Shown here: piece after piece, positions 49,779-58,939 of the stretch | Layout of the letters: every line of letters starts with the position of its first letter | Numbering within the stretch: the first letter of the stretch is position 1 | From: an uncultured virus (IMG/VR IMGVR_UViG_3300044632_001415) | Taxonomy: Duplodnaviria; Heunggongvirae; Uroviricota; Caudoviricetes | DNA length: 63,556 bases | Virus record (IMG/VR): IMGVR_UViG_3300044632_001415 | Strand: one strand, 5' to 3' | The notes under the pieces: generated by a model | Seen by the model: only the letters and a program-made list of their open reading frames with translations | The model's database searches: none | What the model was told of the DNA's origin: nothing | Position numbers and translations under genes: made by a program

Positions 49779-50303
49779 TTAGAGCTGTCTAACCTCTAGG
49801 GCAACAAATCCAGACGCTTCAAGTACTTCTTGAGCGATGAGGGATGGGACTCCGGCCATCATACCTGTTGCCTGTTTTCTGTCATAGACTGGGAATAGAA
49901 TACACATTTCAGAAATTGTCTCTTCATTCCACATATTAGCCTCAGCGGAAGATAACTGCCCTGACTGCATAAGCTGCTCCATTTTCTTAACAATATGCTT
50001 ATACTCAACTCTATTTAATACGCGCCACACAATATGCTTATCGTAGGTAATTGATGTTACGTAAACTTCACCATATTGTTCTTTCCACTCTTTAATTTGG
50101 CCAGCTGTAGGTCCACCTTCCCAAATGTGTTCTGAATCCTCAAGATCTTCTACTGATTTATATTCTTCATCTGATAATGAATTATTAAATTCTAAAATAT
50201 CTACATCATCTGGATCATCTGACATTTCTATAGTGACAATATCTTCTAAAGAATCAATATCTTGTGATTCACTTTTAATTACTACTTTTCTTTCATTTGA
50301 CAT
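49779..50303 (-). CDS. Tail assembly chaperone 1
   Basis: Acidic; WKEQYGEVY...VWRVL.R.EYK...AGVPSLIAQEVLEASGF; between tube and tape measure genes. Confidence 0.65.
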   Translation of the reverse strand: MSNERKVVIKSESQDIDSLEDIVTIEMSDDPDDVDILEFNNSLSDEEYKSVEDLEDSEHIWEGGPTAGQIKEWKEQYGEVYVTSITYDKHIVWRVLNRVEYKHIVKKMEQLMQSGQLSSAEANMWNEETISEMCILFPVYDRKQATGMMAGVPSLIAQEVLEASGFVALEVRQL

Positions 50304-50331
50304 TATTTAATCTCCTTATTTTTAATATCTC

Positions 50332-50360
50332 ATTATACCATAATACTGAAAACATTTCTA
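50332..50360 (-). promoter_or_regulatory. Host sigmaA/sigma70-type promoter with extended -10
   Basis: Minus strand TAGAAA-17 nt-TATAAT, extended as TGGTATAAT, then AAGGAG RBS of the 50303 gene. Confidence 0.55.
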
Positions 50361-50367
50361 CAAATAA

Positions 50368-51849
50368 CTAAATAGAAAAAATTAGTTGCCACGTTTGAGC
50401 ATCTACAATGCCATTGGCTGGTGATATTCCATTTGCAGCCTGAAAATTAATAACAGCCTCTAAGGTTACTGAACCAAACGTTCCAAATTCTGCAATTCCA
50501 ATTGCTGGATCGCTGTCAGGAGGTCCACTAGGCTTAAAGCCTAGTTTTCTTTGAATCCACTTTACGTATTCACTTTCATACCCATATTGAATTGGGCCAG
50601 GCCAAACTAAGGTCAGTGTATCTGGAACTCCAGGTTCAAATATATTAAGTATAGATTCATATGTTTGCCTATTGACTATTCCATTAGCTGGAGTTATTCC
50701 TACTGAAAGTTGGAATTCAGCAACAGCTTCAGCTAGTTCACCGCTAAATCTTCCATTAATTGGATAAATACCTAATTTTTCTTGAATTATTCCAATGTAT
50801 GCATTTTGCGGTGTTCCAAAAGTTAATTCATAACCAGGATACCCATATGATCCACCGATATCTGGGCCAGGTGTATTTGATCCATTTCCTCCTGTTATCG
50901 TTTCTTCTGGAATTGGATTTGGGTTAGTTGGTTCTGCTACAGTTTCGTCTGATGTTACAGATGTAGATAGTCTCTTAATAAAGCTAAGATCAGCTTGTGT
51001 GAAGTAATAATCTCTAGCTATAAATTGATAACTCTCTGCGACTGGCTGACCACCAGGAGTATATACGGTAGACATATTCATTAATTGAACTTCTTGTAGT
51101 ATGATTTTCATCGGAGATGATGCGGCGTCGGCTTTCATTGTCCTTTGATTAATGTCTGTATACATCATTCTGTCTAAGTTATTTTCTATTTTTAGATTTA
51201 CATTATCAGTTGCACCGGTGTCTGGAGAAGGTGTAGGAAATGGACTAGAAGAAACTTCTTCTATACCATAAAGAATAACAAAATTAAATGGTGGATGTGC
51301 GCTAAAGATACTTTTATTGCTAGCTTCAGACATTGCTGGATCTGAAGTTATTCTATCTAATTGACTATAGGCCCAATATTTTTGTATATTTCTTTCATCT
51401 TGAGTTGAACCCAAAATTTGTCCATTATTTGAATACAAGTTTGACACTATCATATTTTGAGGAGCTCTTTCAGCTGGAAGTGTTGCTCTAGCTGTAGCTG
51501 CCTGTTCTAATAGATCAGTCATTCTTCTTGGGTATCTAGTGAATAATGTAATTTCACCGCTGATTATTCTTGTGCCCAACATCACATTATCGTAGTTATA
51601 TGACCAAAATCCATATAACGGTTGCTTTTCTTGCCTTATGGAGTATGCAAATGTGGCTATATCTAGTTCATTTTCTGCGCCAAAAAGACCATCTATATAA
51701 ACTTTTATATCTTCACCGCTAAAATAATAGTCATAATAATTACTAAAATTTTTACTAGAATCAGAAGATTGACCGGCCCATATTCTATCTATATTAGAAT
51801 CTCTGTCGGAAAGTGGATCAAATAATAATGGTCTTCTTTGTGAAGTCAT
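50368..51849 (-). CDS. Tail tube paralogue 3 with two C-terminal peptidoglycan-binding domains
   Basis: YFSGED, YSIRQEKQPLYG, GTRIISG, PPFNF, ESYQFIARD; two PG_binding_1-like repeats (IQ.KLG...G.F...AV..FQ...GI.PANGIV..QT). Confidence 0.75.
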   Translation of the reverse strand: MTSQRRPLLFDPLSDRDSNIDRIWAGQSSDSSKNFSNYYDYYFSGEDIKVYIDGLFGAENELDIATFAYSIRQEKQPLYGFWSYNYDNVMLGTRIISGEITLFTRYPRRMTDLLEQAATARATLPAERAPQNMIVSNLYSNNGQILGSTQDERNIQKYWAYSQLDRITSDPAMSEASNKSIFSAHPPFNFVILYGIEEVSSSPFPTPSPDTGATDNVNLKIENNLDRMMYTDINQRTMKADAASSPMKIILQEVQLMNMSTVYTPGGQPVAESYQFIARDYYFTQADLSFIKRLSTSVTSDETVAEPTNPNPIPEETITGGNGSNTPGPDIGGSYGYPGYELTFGTPQNAYIGIIQEKLGIYPINGRFSGELAEAVAEFQLSVGITPANGIVNRQTYESILNIFEPGVPDTLTLVWPGPIQYGYESEYVKWIQRKLGFKPSGPPDSDPAIGIAEFGTFGSVTLEAVINFQAANGISPANGIVDAQTWQLIFSI

Positions 51850-51851
51850 AT

Positions 51852-52622
51852 TTAAGGCCTCGCTATAGTTTCTGTTGGATTGATGCTTGCATCTAGTGCT
51901 TCATCGTAATATTCATCTAGTAGCTGGGCGTACTGACTAGTAACCACGTCACCAAATACATTCTGTGATATCTGGATATTTCTTGCCGACACTTCTGCGC
52001 TTGTGGTTGAATTTGGATCTTGCTCTTTACTCATCTTAATTAATGGCTGTATGCCTCTAGCCATAAATGTATATGTTTGCTCTATAAATAGGTCATCTAT
52101 AGATAATGTTTGACCTTCGTCTATAATTGTTACTCCAAATATTTTCATCTTAGCGTACTGGCCATATTCGTTAACTAATGTAATAATTATATCAAATGGT
52201 GGCAACATATCTGCTAAAGGTGCGAAGAAACCATTGCCACGGTATAACATTTGTCTATATTGACTAAGTCTATAAAATGCGTATTCATTAAATACTGCAA
52301 AAATAAGGCTTCCAGCTATTGTTCTAGCACCTTTAACAAAGCCTCTTGTATTAACATGACCCAGTGTTCTAACTGGAGAATTTTCTCTATGTATAGAATA
52401 TGATATTGTTTGTAGTTCACCAAGTTCAATAATGTCTGAACCAACTGGCTTATTATCTGGACCAATAATGGGAACAATCAATGTAGCTACTGCATCTGCT
52501 CCGCTAAATGAAATATTTTGAAGAGTATAGTTTTGATCATAATTAACTTTATTTGGAGCGTCAGTTGTTGCATTTGTTGTCTGCGCATTCGCCTCATTAA
52601 ATGTATTATATACTGTTGACAT
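51852..52622 (-). CDS. Tail tube paralogue 2 (minor)
   Basis: Shares FSGAD, ISYSIHRE..P...LG, G.RTIAGSLIF, DMLPPFDI, SIDD...EQTY.FMAR with 52693-53394. Confidence 0.75.
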   Translation of the reverse strand: MSTVYNTFNEANAQTTNATTDAPNKVNYDQNYTLQNISFSGADAVATLIVPIIGPDNKPVGSDIIELGELQTISYSIHRENSPVRTLGHVNTRGFVKGARTIAGSLIFAVFNEYAFYRLSQYRQMLYRGNGFFAPLADMLPPFDIIITLVNEYGQYAKMKIFGVTIIDEGQTLSIDDLFIEQTYTFMARGIQPLIKMSKEQDPNSTTSAEVSARNIQISQNVFGDVVTSQYAQLLDEYYDEALDASINPTETIARP

Positions 52623-52637
52623 ATTGCTCCTTAAATA

Positions 52638-52675
52638 AATATAGGCACGAGCTAATTAATGCCCGTGCCTATATT
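52638..52675 (-). terminator. Stem-loop terminator/attenuator after major tube gene
   Basis: Minus strand AATATAGGCACGGGC-loop-GCTCGTGCCTATATT followed by TATTT. Confidence 0.75.
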
Positions 52676-52692
52676 GCAGATAATTTTATAAA

Positions 52693-53394
52693 TTATGGTC
52701 TGATAATGTCTGTATTAAGATTCTTAATATTTCTTACGAAATCAGACATTGTAGGATCATCGTTATCGATCAATGGATCTGTCTTTATTGAATACATGGG
52801 ACCAAGTTCACGAGCAACATAGGTCATTGTTTCTTCTATGACAATATCGTCCATTGATGCGCCAGATCCTTCATTTAAGAGTTCAACGCCATAAATTGAT
52901 CTTACAGCTGCTTGACCATATTCGTTTACAAATGTAATTGTAATATCAAATGGGGGGATTTGGTCAGCGTAGTATGGGACCTTCTTTACAACACTTGAAC
53001 CCTGATCATTTACATCTGCAATTCCGCGGTTTTTATAGGCTGTATCACCGGGTAGTGCGTTGTGGGCTCTTGTGAAGAATTGTTGCTGAACAACGTTTGA
53101 ATTATTTCTATTTTTGTCCAACATTGTATATAGAGCTGGACGATCAAAAACTGTAAATATTAATGATCCAGCAATACCTCTTTTTCCTCTAGAAAAAGAA
53201 CGAGGATTAGGGGATCCCATTGTATAAATGGGAGCTTTTTCTCTAGTTACAGAGAATGTAATTCCTGATAGTGCGCCAATTTCTATACCGCCAAACGTAG
53301 CAACAATATCTGCTCCAGAAAATGTGGTATATGTTTGTAAATATTTAGACGAACTAGTGGGTGAATAATCGTTATAGTTATCTTCTAATGCCAT
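52693..53394 (-). CDS. Major tail tube protein
   Basis: FSGADI..., ITFSVTREKAPIYTMG..RSFSRGKRGIAGSLIF, DQIPPFDITITF.NEYG, SMDDIVIEE..TYVAR; follows sheath; GGAGG RBS; followed by terminator. Confidence 0.8.
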   Translation of the reverse strand: MALEDNYNDYSPTSSSKYLQTYTTFSGADIVATFGGIEIGALSGITFSVTREKAPIYTMGSPNPRSFSRGKRGIAGSLIFTVFDRPALYTMLDKNRNNSNVVQQQFFTRAHNALPGDTAYKNRGIADVNDQGSSVVKKVPYYADQIPPFDITITFVNEYGQAAVRSIYGVELLNEGSGASMDDIVIEETMTYVARELGPMYSIKTDPLIDNDDPTMSDFVRNIKNLNTDIIRP

Positions 53395-53419
53395 CTAGGT
53401 TACCCTCCATTCGGTAATT

Positions 53420-54685
53420 TTATAGGTTGATAGCTACCTGTACTTCGATATTTCTCAACTCGAAGGCAGGTGTTAATACGAGGTCAACAATCGCTTTATT
53501 TTGAGCAGGGACATATGATACTGAGAAGTCACTGCCTAATATAGCTCCTAATAGTTGCATTCCTCTTAGTGCTGAAGTAATTGCTGTTTCCATCGAATTT
53601 CTTGTTTGAATACTTGATGGTTCTCCAACAAAACTCTGACACACTTGTCTGACGAGCATAACTGCTTCGTCTATAATTCTCTTAGTTGACAAACGAGTAT
53701 AATCTGATGTTGACTGAGCGAATGTTAAACTTTCTCCAAATACAGCGATCTTATTAAAGTTAAGAACCACTGTGTTTACGCCCTTTATAGCTAGTGCCGA
53801 CTGCTGACTTCTAGTTGGAGCGTATCTTAGTGATTGAACATTAAAGACTGGCTTATTAACTAATGAGCTATATGAAGAAAGTCTGCTTAATGTTCCTGCT
53901 AAAAATGATGCGCCATTAGAATAACCAAAATCAGTGCCACCACTAGTATAATTTACCGGCTTAAGTTCCGTTGCAACTACAGTAACATATGGTCCTAGTT
54001 CCTTCTGGTAAATTTCATTTACGTTATCATATGTGCCACTACCATCTCTATCGGCAAGGCCTGATACAGCAAGATGCGCAGCTACTTGACCTGGTGTCAT
54101 TTTTTCTGCGGCTGCAATGTATGGCTTGACTCCCATTACGGCAATGCATGGATTGCTATTTTCAGAAATTGACTTAACGGCATTTGCAACTTTATATGTC
54201 CAGCTATAGGTTAGTGTAGTGCTATTGTCTGCGTGGAATCCAAACTCATCCGAATCTGATGGTGTAGCAGTTGGAATCTCCCAGTCACTATCATTTCCAC
54301 CTCTGCCCCAAGGAATAATGATATCAGGAAGTGCTGCCTCTGCTGCATCAAACGCTTCTTGAAATACACTAATCCCACCACTTGTTAAGGAGCCTGTAGT
54401 ATGATTAAATGCTGTATTGCTTGGTAGTGGAACTAAATATATTCTTTCTGCTCCCGCAATAATTAATTCAATAAAGGCTTTATGTGCGTCTGAGCCTTCT
54501 CCAAAAATTGATATTACATCAGCTTCATTTGAGGCTCTAACGACATCAAGATCTGCTATGCCACCAGTCCCATCAGCTGTACTACGGCGAGCTATAGCGA
54601 CAACTCTTGGACCAGATGGTGTATCGTTTCTTGTTACGCTATAGAATCGATCTCTAATTTTAGTAGTTACTCCAGGTATACTCAT
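53420..54685 (-). CDS. Major tail sheath protein
   Basis: N-terminal IPGV; SDYTRLSTKRII, FVGEP and C-terminal VDLVLTPAFELRNIEV typical of sheath C-terminal domains; precedes tube gene. Confidence 0.88.
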   Translation of the reverse strand: MSIPGVTTKIRDRFYSVTRNDTPSGPRVVAIARRSTADGTGGIADLDVVRASNEADVISIFGEGSDAHKAFIELIIAGAERIYLVPLPSNTAFNHTTGSLTSGGISVFQEAFDAAEAALPDIIIPWGRGGNDSDWEIPTATPSDSDEFGFHADNSTTLTYSWTYKVANAVKSISENSNPCIAVMGVKPYIAAAEKMTPGQVAAHLAVSGLADRDGSGTYDNVNEIYQKELGPYVTVVATELKPVNYTSGGTDFGYSNGASFLAGTLSRLSSYSSLVNKPVFNVQSLRYAPTRSQQSALAIKGVNTVVLNFNKIAVFGESLTFAQSTSDYTRLSTKRIIDEAVMLVRQVCQSFVGEPSSIQTRNSMETAITSALRGMQLLGAILGSDFSVSYVPAQNKAIVDLVLTPAFELRNIEVQVAINL

Positions 54686-54738
54686 GTTGACTTTTAACCT
54701 CCGGCTAAATGGAAAATCTTAGAATTAAATCTTCATTT

Positions 54739-54749
54739 ATAGTAACAAA
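54739..54749 (-). promoter_or_regulatory. Putative phage late-promoter motif TTTGTTACTAT
   Basis: Identical to 62263-62273; lies in the intergenic gap upstream of the sheath gene, which has a GGAGG RBS. Confidence 0.5.
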
Positions 54750-54801
54750 AAAGTTATAAAAACAACTAGATAGACTTGTTGATTAAAATAATATATATAA
54801 G

Positions 54802-55611
54802 TTACTGTGAATTTGGAGTTGCTGTTTTGCTTAAATCTACAATGTTTACTGATACATTTTCATAATTTGGAGTAGCTAAAGAGTTAACGTACTCAGATTC
54901 ATAAGCCATCCAATTTCGTATATCTACTAAAATGCTACTAATTCTCGCATTTTCAATTGCAAAGGTTTTTTCTGTAGTTAACATATAGGTAACAGTTCTT
55001 TTATGAATATCTGATCCATCTCGATTTATTTCAGAATCAGCTAAACGCCTAGAGTAGACTAATTCGGAAGCTCCAGCTGCCTTAAATATTGGTGTGTACT
55101 CAAGCATAAAATCTTCAAAAGCTTCAGTAATTTGATCACACATGACTGCAGCATCCATGTCGTCGGATGTAATTCCTGGATTGCTACCCTGAAGAGTGGT
55201 AATTCTCATCATAGGAGAAAATGAGACTATATTTTGATATTTTTGCCCATATATAGTATACCTATTATTTTCTACGTTTTGACGCATTCTTGGTTTAGGT
55301 TCTACTGTATGAGTTTTTCTTAATTCTAATGCATATCCTATAATTGATGTAATATCTTTTCCATTAACCTGCTGTGAGAATGTATCTAAATTAACCCCAA
55401 CTGGAACAACCGGAATAGAAGGATGACTTTCTTCCCATACTTTTTTAACTAAAGATATAAATTGCAAATAGTTTAGAGAACCTGGATATAATTCTTCTAC
55501 TCCACCAATATTTAATCTAATTCCTGGAGATTGCAAATGTGCTTGACCAGGAACGCCTTCCCATCTTGAGGAAATTGAACTAGTTGGAAAAACTCTATTA
55601 TAATATACCAT
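54802..55611 (-). CDS. Tail terminator/completion protein
   Basis: 269 aa; KPRMR...YGQ..QNIV.F, FEDFM.EY...F...G, RTVTY; position between neck and main sheath. Confidence 0.55.
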   Translation of the reverse strand: MVYYNRVFPTSSISSRWEGVPGQAHLQSPGIRLNIGGVEELYPGSLNYLQFISLVKKVWEESHPSIPVVPVGVNLDTFSQQVNGKDITSIIGYALELRKTHTVEPKPRMRQNVENNRYTIYGQKYQNIVSFSPMMRITTLQGSNPGITSDDMDAAVMCDQITEAFEDFMLEYTPIFKAAGASELVYSRRLADSEINRDGSDIHKRTVTYMLTTEKTFAIENARISSILVDIRNWMAYESEYVNSLATPNYENVSVNIVDLSKTATPNSQ

Positions 55612-57206
55612 TATGCACCGGGTCCTGCAGCTATTCTAAAATCGATTTTTTTAAGTCCAAGCGCAGATAGTAGTTCTATGTATACAAACATTTTTCCAGG
55701 ATCATTAACTGCTACTTGTCTATTAAGTGAAAAATCCAAAATTATATTATCAGATTTCATTGAACGTAATAATTTATTAAGTTTATCCATAAATACATCA
55801 TGACCAAACTTACCTATACTTTCATACGCGTAGTCTTTAGCCATATTAACCACATAGCCTACTAATCTCATTTGTGCAGCTTTTTGGAGTGTGCTATTTG
55901 ACTTTGCCATTGTATAATCATTTGTTAGATATACCTCAAACGGTATTGATCTTTTAGTTTTTTTGCCACGATATATTGTATTGATCCCAATATTTTCTAA
56001 TCTTCTAAAATCCTGTTGAGATAAATCTGAACCATATAAAGACATTAATCCTGGCACCCTAGCTCTTATTAGAGATCTGTTTAATGGATTACTAGCCAAT
56101 AGTCCAGCGTAGGCTGCTGCCATATTTGATATATAGGAACTATTTATTTGTGAGTGTTGAAAGACACCTTCACCATATACTGGAATGACAAACCGTCCAT
56201 TGTCTGATAGGACAGTATTGTCTATATTGTACTCTGTAAGCTTATCTGTAATTATTTCATCTGCTTCTAAAAAGTCAATATCCACTGAATTGACGCCACC
56301 GGATCTAGAACCAATTATACCCATCTGGACATATCCTGTTGTATTATGAAAGTCCGCGCAGTAATCTGCTAATTGTGTAATAAAATCAACACCATTAGTT
56401 TTTAGTATTGAAGTTTCTAAGGGAACAATTATATCTACAAAATCAAGATCTTTAATTATTGAATATGTTTCCTCTAATCTTTCATAATATTTTTCATAAA
56501 AAGTATATGAAGAAGGTGTCGCATTTTGTAGATCAAATATTGTAGTTGGAATATTTTTTTCATAAAATTTTTCGACATACTCTAACATAGGGGCTGCCGC
56601 ACAAATCATTATATCTCTAGCTCCTGCTGCGTATGCGTCAAAAACGCCTCTTAGTAGAGGAGACTTTAAGTCTGCGCCTAAAAGATCTACCGCTTGTTGA
56701 ACTGTTTTTATTTCAACTGGTACATTTAATTCTATATTATTTGCATGCCCGATTAATAAAATAGTTGACGTATTTCCTGCTGACAGTTGTGCATATCGTG
56801 GTTGATAATTTATAACAGTACTTTTTTCAGAGTTAACTATAACTGGAGATAAAGTAATTGGATCACCTTTTACTTCAAAATTAGATGTAACTACAAGTTG
56901 TGAAGCTGAGTCTGAAGTTCTGGCTAATACAGTATATGTACCATTAAATAATGTACTGGGAATTCTATAATTAAATGTAAATTCGTATGTGTTTGATTTT
57001 TCAATGTATGCGTCAGTATTTGGTGTAGAGTTTTGACTCCAGTATGAATATGGGCCATCTATTACTGGTCCAGAACCATCTGCCCCTCTAAGGATTGTTA
57101 TATACAAATCTGATGGACTTGCAACTGAGGTTGGATCGTACGGTAAACCTCTAGAGGTAAATATAAATTTAAATTTAACTAATTGACCTCTTTGTAATAC
57201 TAGCAT
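55611..57206 (-). CDS. Tail-sheath paralogue with N-terminal Ig-like domain
   Basis: ILLIG....V.I..VQQA..L.G, LE.IGINT and C-terminal IELLS..GL..I.F sheath-like features; probable start at MLVLQRG (57206). Confidence 0.7.
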   Translation of the reverse strand: MLVLQRGQLVKFKFIFTSRGLPYDPTSVASPSDLYITILRGADGSGPVIDGPYSYWSQNSTPNTDAYIEKSNTYEFTFNYRIPSTLFNGTYTVLARTSDSASQLVVTSNFEVKGDPITLSPVIVNSEKSTVINYQPRYAQLSAGNTSTILLIGHANNIELNVPVEIKTVQQAVDLLGADLKSPLLRGVFDAYAAGARDIMICAAAPMLEYVEKFYEKNIPTTIFDLQNATPSSYTFYEKYYERLEETYSIIKDLDFVDIIVPLETSILKTNGVDFITQLADYCADFHNTTGYVQMGIIGSRSGGVNSVDIDFLEADEIITDKLTEYNIDNTVLSDNGRFVIPVYGEGVFQHSQINSSYISNMAAAYAGLLASNPLNRSLIRARVPGLMSLYGSDLSQQDFRRLENIGINTIYRGKKTKRSIPFEVYLTNDYTMAKSNSTLQKAAQMRLVGYVVNMAKDYAYESIGKFGHDVFMDKLNKLLRSMKSDNIILDFSLNRQVAVNDPGKMFVYIELLSALGLKKIDFRIAAGPGA

Positions 57207-57207
57207 T

Positions 57208-57579
57208 TCACTTCTCTCTTGTAGCTCCAACTACCCAATAGTTAATTTCACCTAGTCTACCTCTAATAGCGGAAACTGTATCTATCTTAAAGACAGTATA
57301 ATTTTTATTTACTTTTAAAGAATAATTTTCATATATTCTATCACCTTCTTTAGGTGATATATGCTTTTCGAAGTAATAGACTGCATCATAGTTTGATACT
57401 ATCCCTTCGGGCATTTCTTGTGTAGAGTTAGCGTTTGTCATACCTGACTGTCCAACTTGACGAGTTGTTACTCTTTCAAATTGATCAGAATGATTTCCAT
57501 TTGATAACATTCGCTGAAAATAAATATCATGTCCCCACTCGCGCATTACTTTTCTAAATGCTCGCTTAGCGTCAATCAT
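57208..57579 (-). CDS. Head closure/stopper protein
   Basis: 123 aa beta-rich, VYYF...ISPKEGDRI and GRLGEINYW; canonical position after the adaptor. Confidence 0.6.
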   Translation of the reverse strand: MIDAKRAFRKVMREWGHDIYFQRMLSNGNHSDQFERVTTRQVGQSGMTNANSTQEMPEGIVSNYDAVYYFEKHISPKEGDRIYENYSLKVNKNYTVFKIDTVSAIRGRLGEINYWVVGATREK

Positions 57580-58459
57580 AGCTCTTCAACCCCCTCTTTG
57601 GCATAGGGTCATCTTTAGATATTATGGTTGTTCCTGGGCCATATAATTCTTTATCTGATAGATATATTGTTTTTCCAGTTAATGGATCTATATTTGTACC
57701 AGTTGAAACACTTGGTAAATTTTTTGGCGTAAATGATCTTGGTGAGACTTTATTTGCTAAAATTTCTTTTCTTAAAGCTGTTGCTATCTGACACCATGTC
57801 GTTGCATTATCCCTAGTTACCACTCTTCTAGGAAGTGATCTATTTGTAATATTAAAATCACCCAATCTTAGCGAAACTTCATCATCTCCACCAAATCCAT
57901 AAGTTCTACTTAACTCACATGCAGTTGCCGCTTTTATGTATTCTAAAACTGTAAAAGATAAATTAGTTCCATCTTCTTCATCCAAAAGACCATATAATGA
58001 TTTAATTTCATTTGAGTAATTATGTATAATTTCTCCTATTTCCAATAAAGACGCGTCTGGAAAATATGGAATTAATGTTTCGGGATCAAGATATAATGGA
58101 TCTACATTTGGGGCAAAAATAATTGTTTCTTCATTTTTTAATATAATAGTTGGTTGATATTCTTCGCTGACAGAACTAACATATAGTTTTTGCTCAACAA
58201 CTACATTATTTCCAGAAGATAAAGTTCCAGTAAATTTAACAGTATATGTATCAGCTAAACTTGGTGTATAGTCATAGTAAAATATTGATGAGGTTGATTG
58301 AGTTGCATTAGTTGCAACTATTGTTGTTCCACTTGAGTTTTTAATAGTTACGCTGACAGTGCTGGGCGACAACTCAACTTCTAGTCCATTGGAATCTATA
58401 TCTTTAAATTTTACAGTTACTCTAACCGTATCACTAACTACAACTCTATCTGTTGACAT
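57572..58459 (-). CDS. Head-tail adaptor (neck) protein with N-terminal Ig-like domain
   Basis: Ig-like N-half; C-half with YIKAATAC.L and SLRLGDFNIT resembling adaptor proteins; precedes closure gene. Confidence 0.6.
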   Translation of the reverse strand: MSTDRVVVSDTVRVTVKFKDIDSNGLEVELSPSTVSVTIKNSSGTTIVATNATQSTSSIFYYDYTPSLADTYTVKFTGTLSSGNNVVVEQKLYVSSVSEEYQPTIILKNEETIIFAPNVDPLYLDPETLIPYFPDASLLEIGEIIHNYSNEIKSLYGLLDEEDGTNLSFTVLEYIKAATACELSRTYGFGGDDEVSLRLGDFNITNRSLPRRVVTRDNATTWCQIATALRKEILANKVSPRSFTPKNLPSVSTGTNIDPLTGKTIYLSDKELYGPGTTIISKDDPMPKRGLKSYD

Positions 58460-58473
58460 TTTTACCTCTTAGT

Positions 58474-58926
58474 TCATGCGTTAGATATAATAGTAACGTT
58501 TACTGTGCCTGCTGAGTTATTCTCTAAGATAATACTTTCTGCGTTGGAGATTGCATATACGTCATTTTTATTAACTGATATGGCAAAGACACCGGCGCTG
58601 TATGATTCCTGACTACCCACACTTGCTAATGCAAACGCATCTGCATTAATTTTATTTATCTCAGAAGACCCATAGCCATCAAACTGAGCAAATGAGATCG
58701 TAGAGATCGTTTCACTATTCTCTACTATCCCAGTAGAGCCTATTATGTTATGAGTATCTACAAAAACTAATGTGCTATTTACAGACGGTGGTGATATGAC
58801 GATAACGCCTAATACTTTTAGGCCACCAAAATTAGTAGTTAATCCAAAAGACTGAGGAGAAACTACATATACACCACTGTAATTGAAATGATCTTGATTA
58901 TAGGCTATATCTCCATTGTAGAGCAT
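58474..58926 (-). CDS. Hypothetical virion protein
   Basis: 150-aa beta-rich ORF with AAGGA RBS inside the structural operon. Confidence 0.5.
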   Translation of the reverse strand: MLYNGDIAYNQDHFNYSGVYVVSPQSFGLTTNFGGLKVLGVIVISPPSVNSTLVFVDTHNIIGSTGIVENSETISTISFAQFDGYGSSEINKINADAFALASVGSQESYSAGVFAISVNKNDVYAISNAESIILENNSAGTVNVTIISNA

Positions 58927-58939
58927 CTACATCCTTTAA

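Noticed and set aside
49773..49781. Stop read-through or frameshift fusing the two chaperones
   Set aside because: Double TAA TAA then ATG in the same frame; no slippery heptamer noticed near the end of the first gene
20882..57206. Extracellular contractile injection system, tailocin or T6SS locus
   Set aside because: A major capsid protein and head-tail joining genes are in the same operon, so this is a phage
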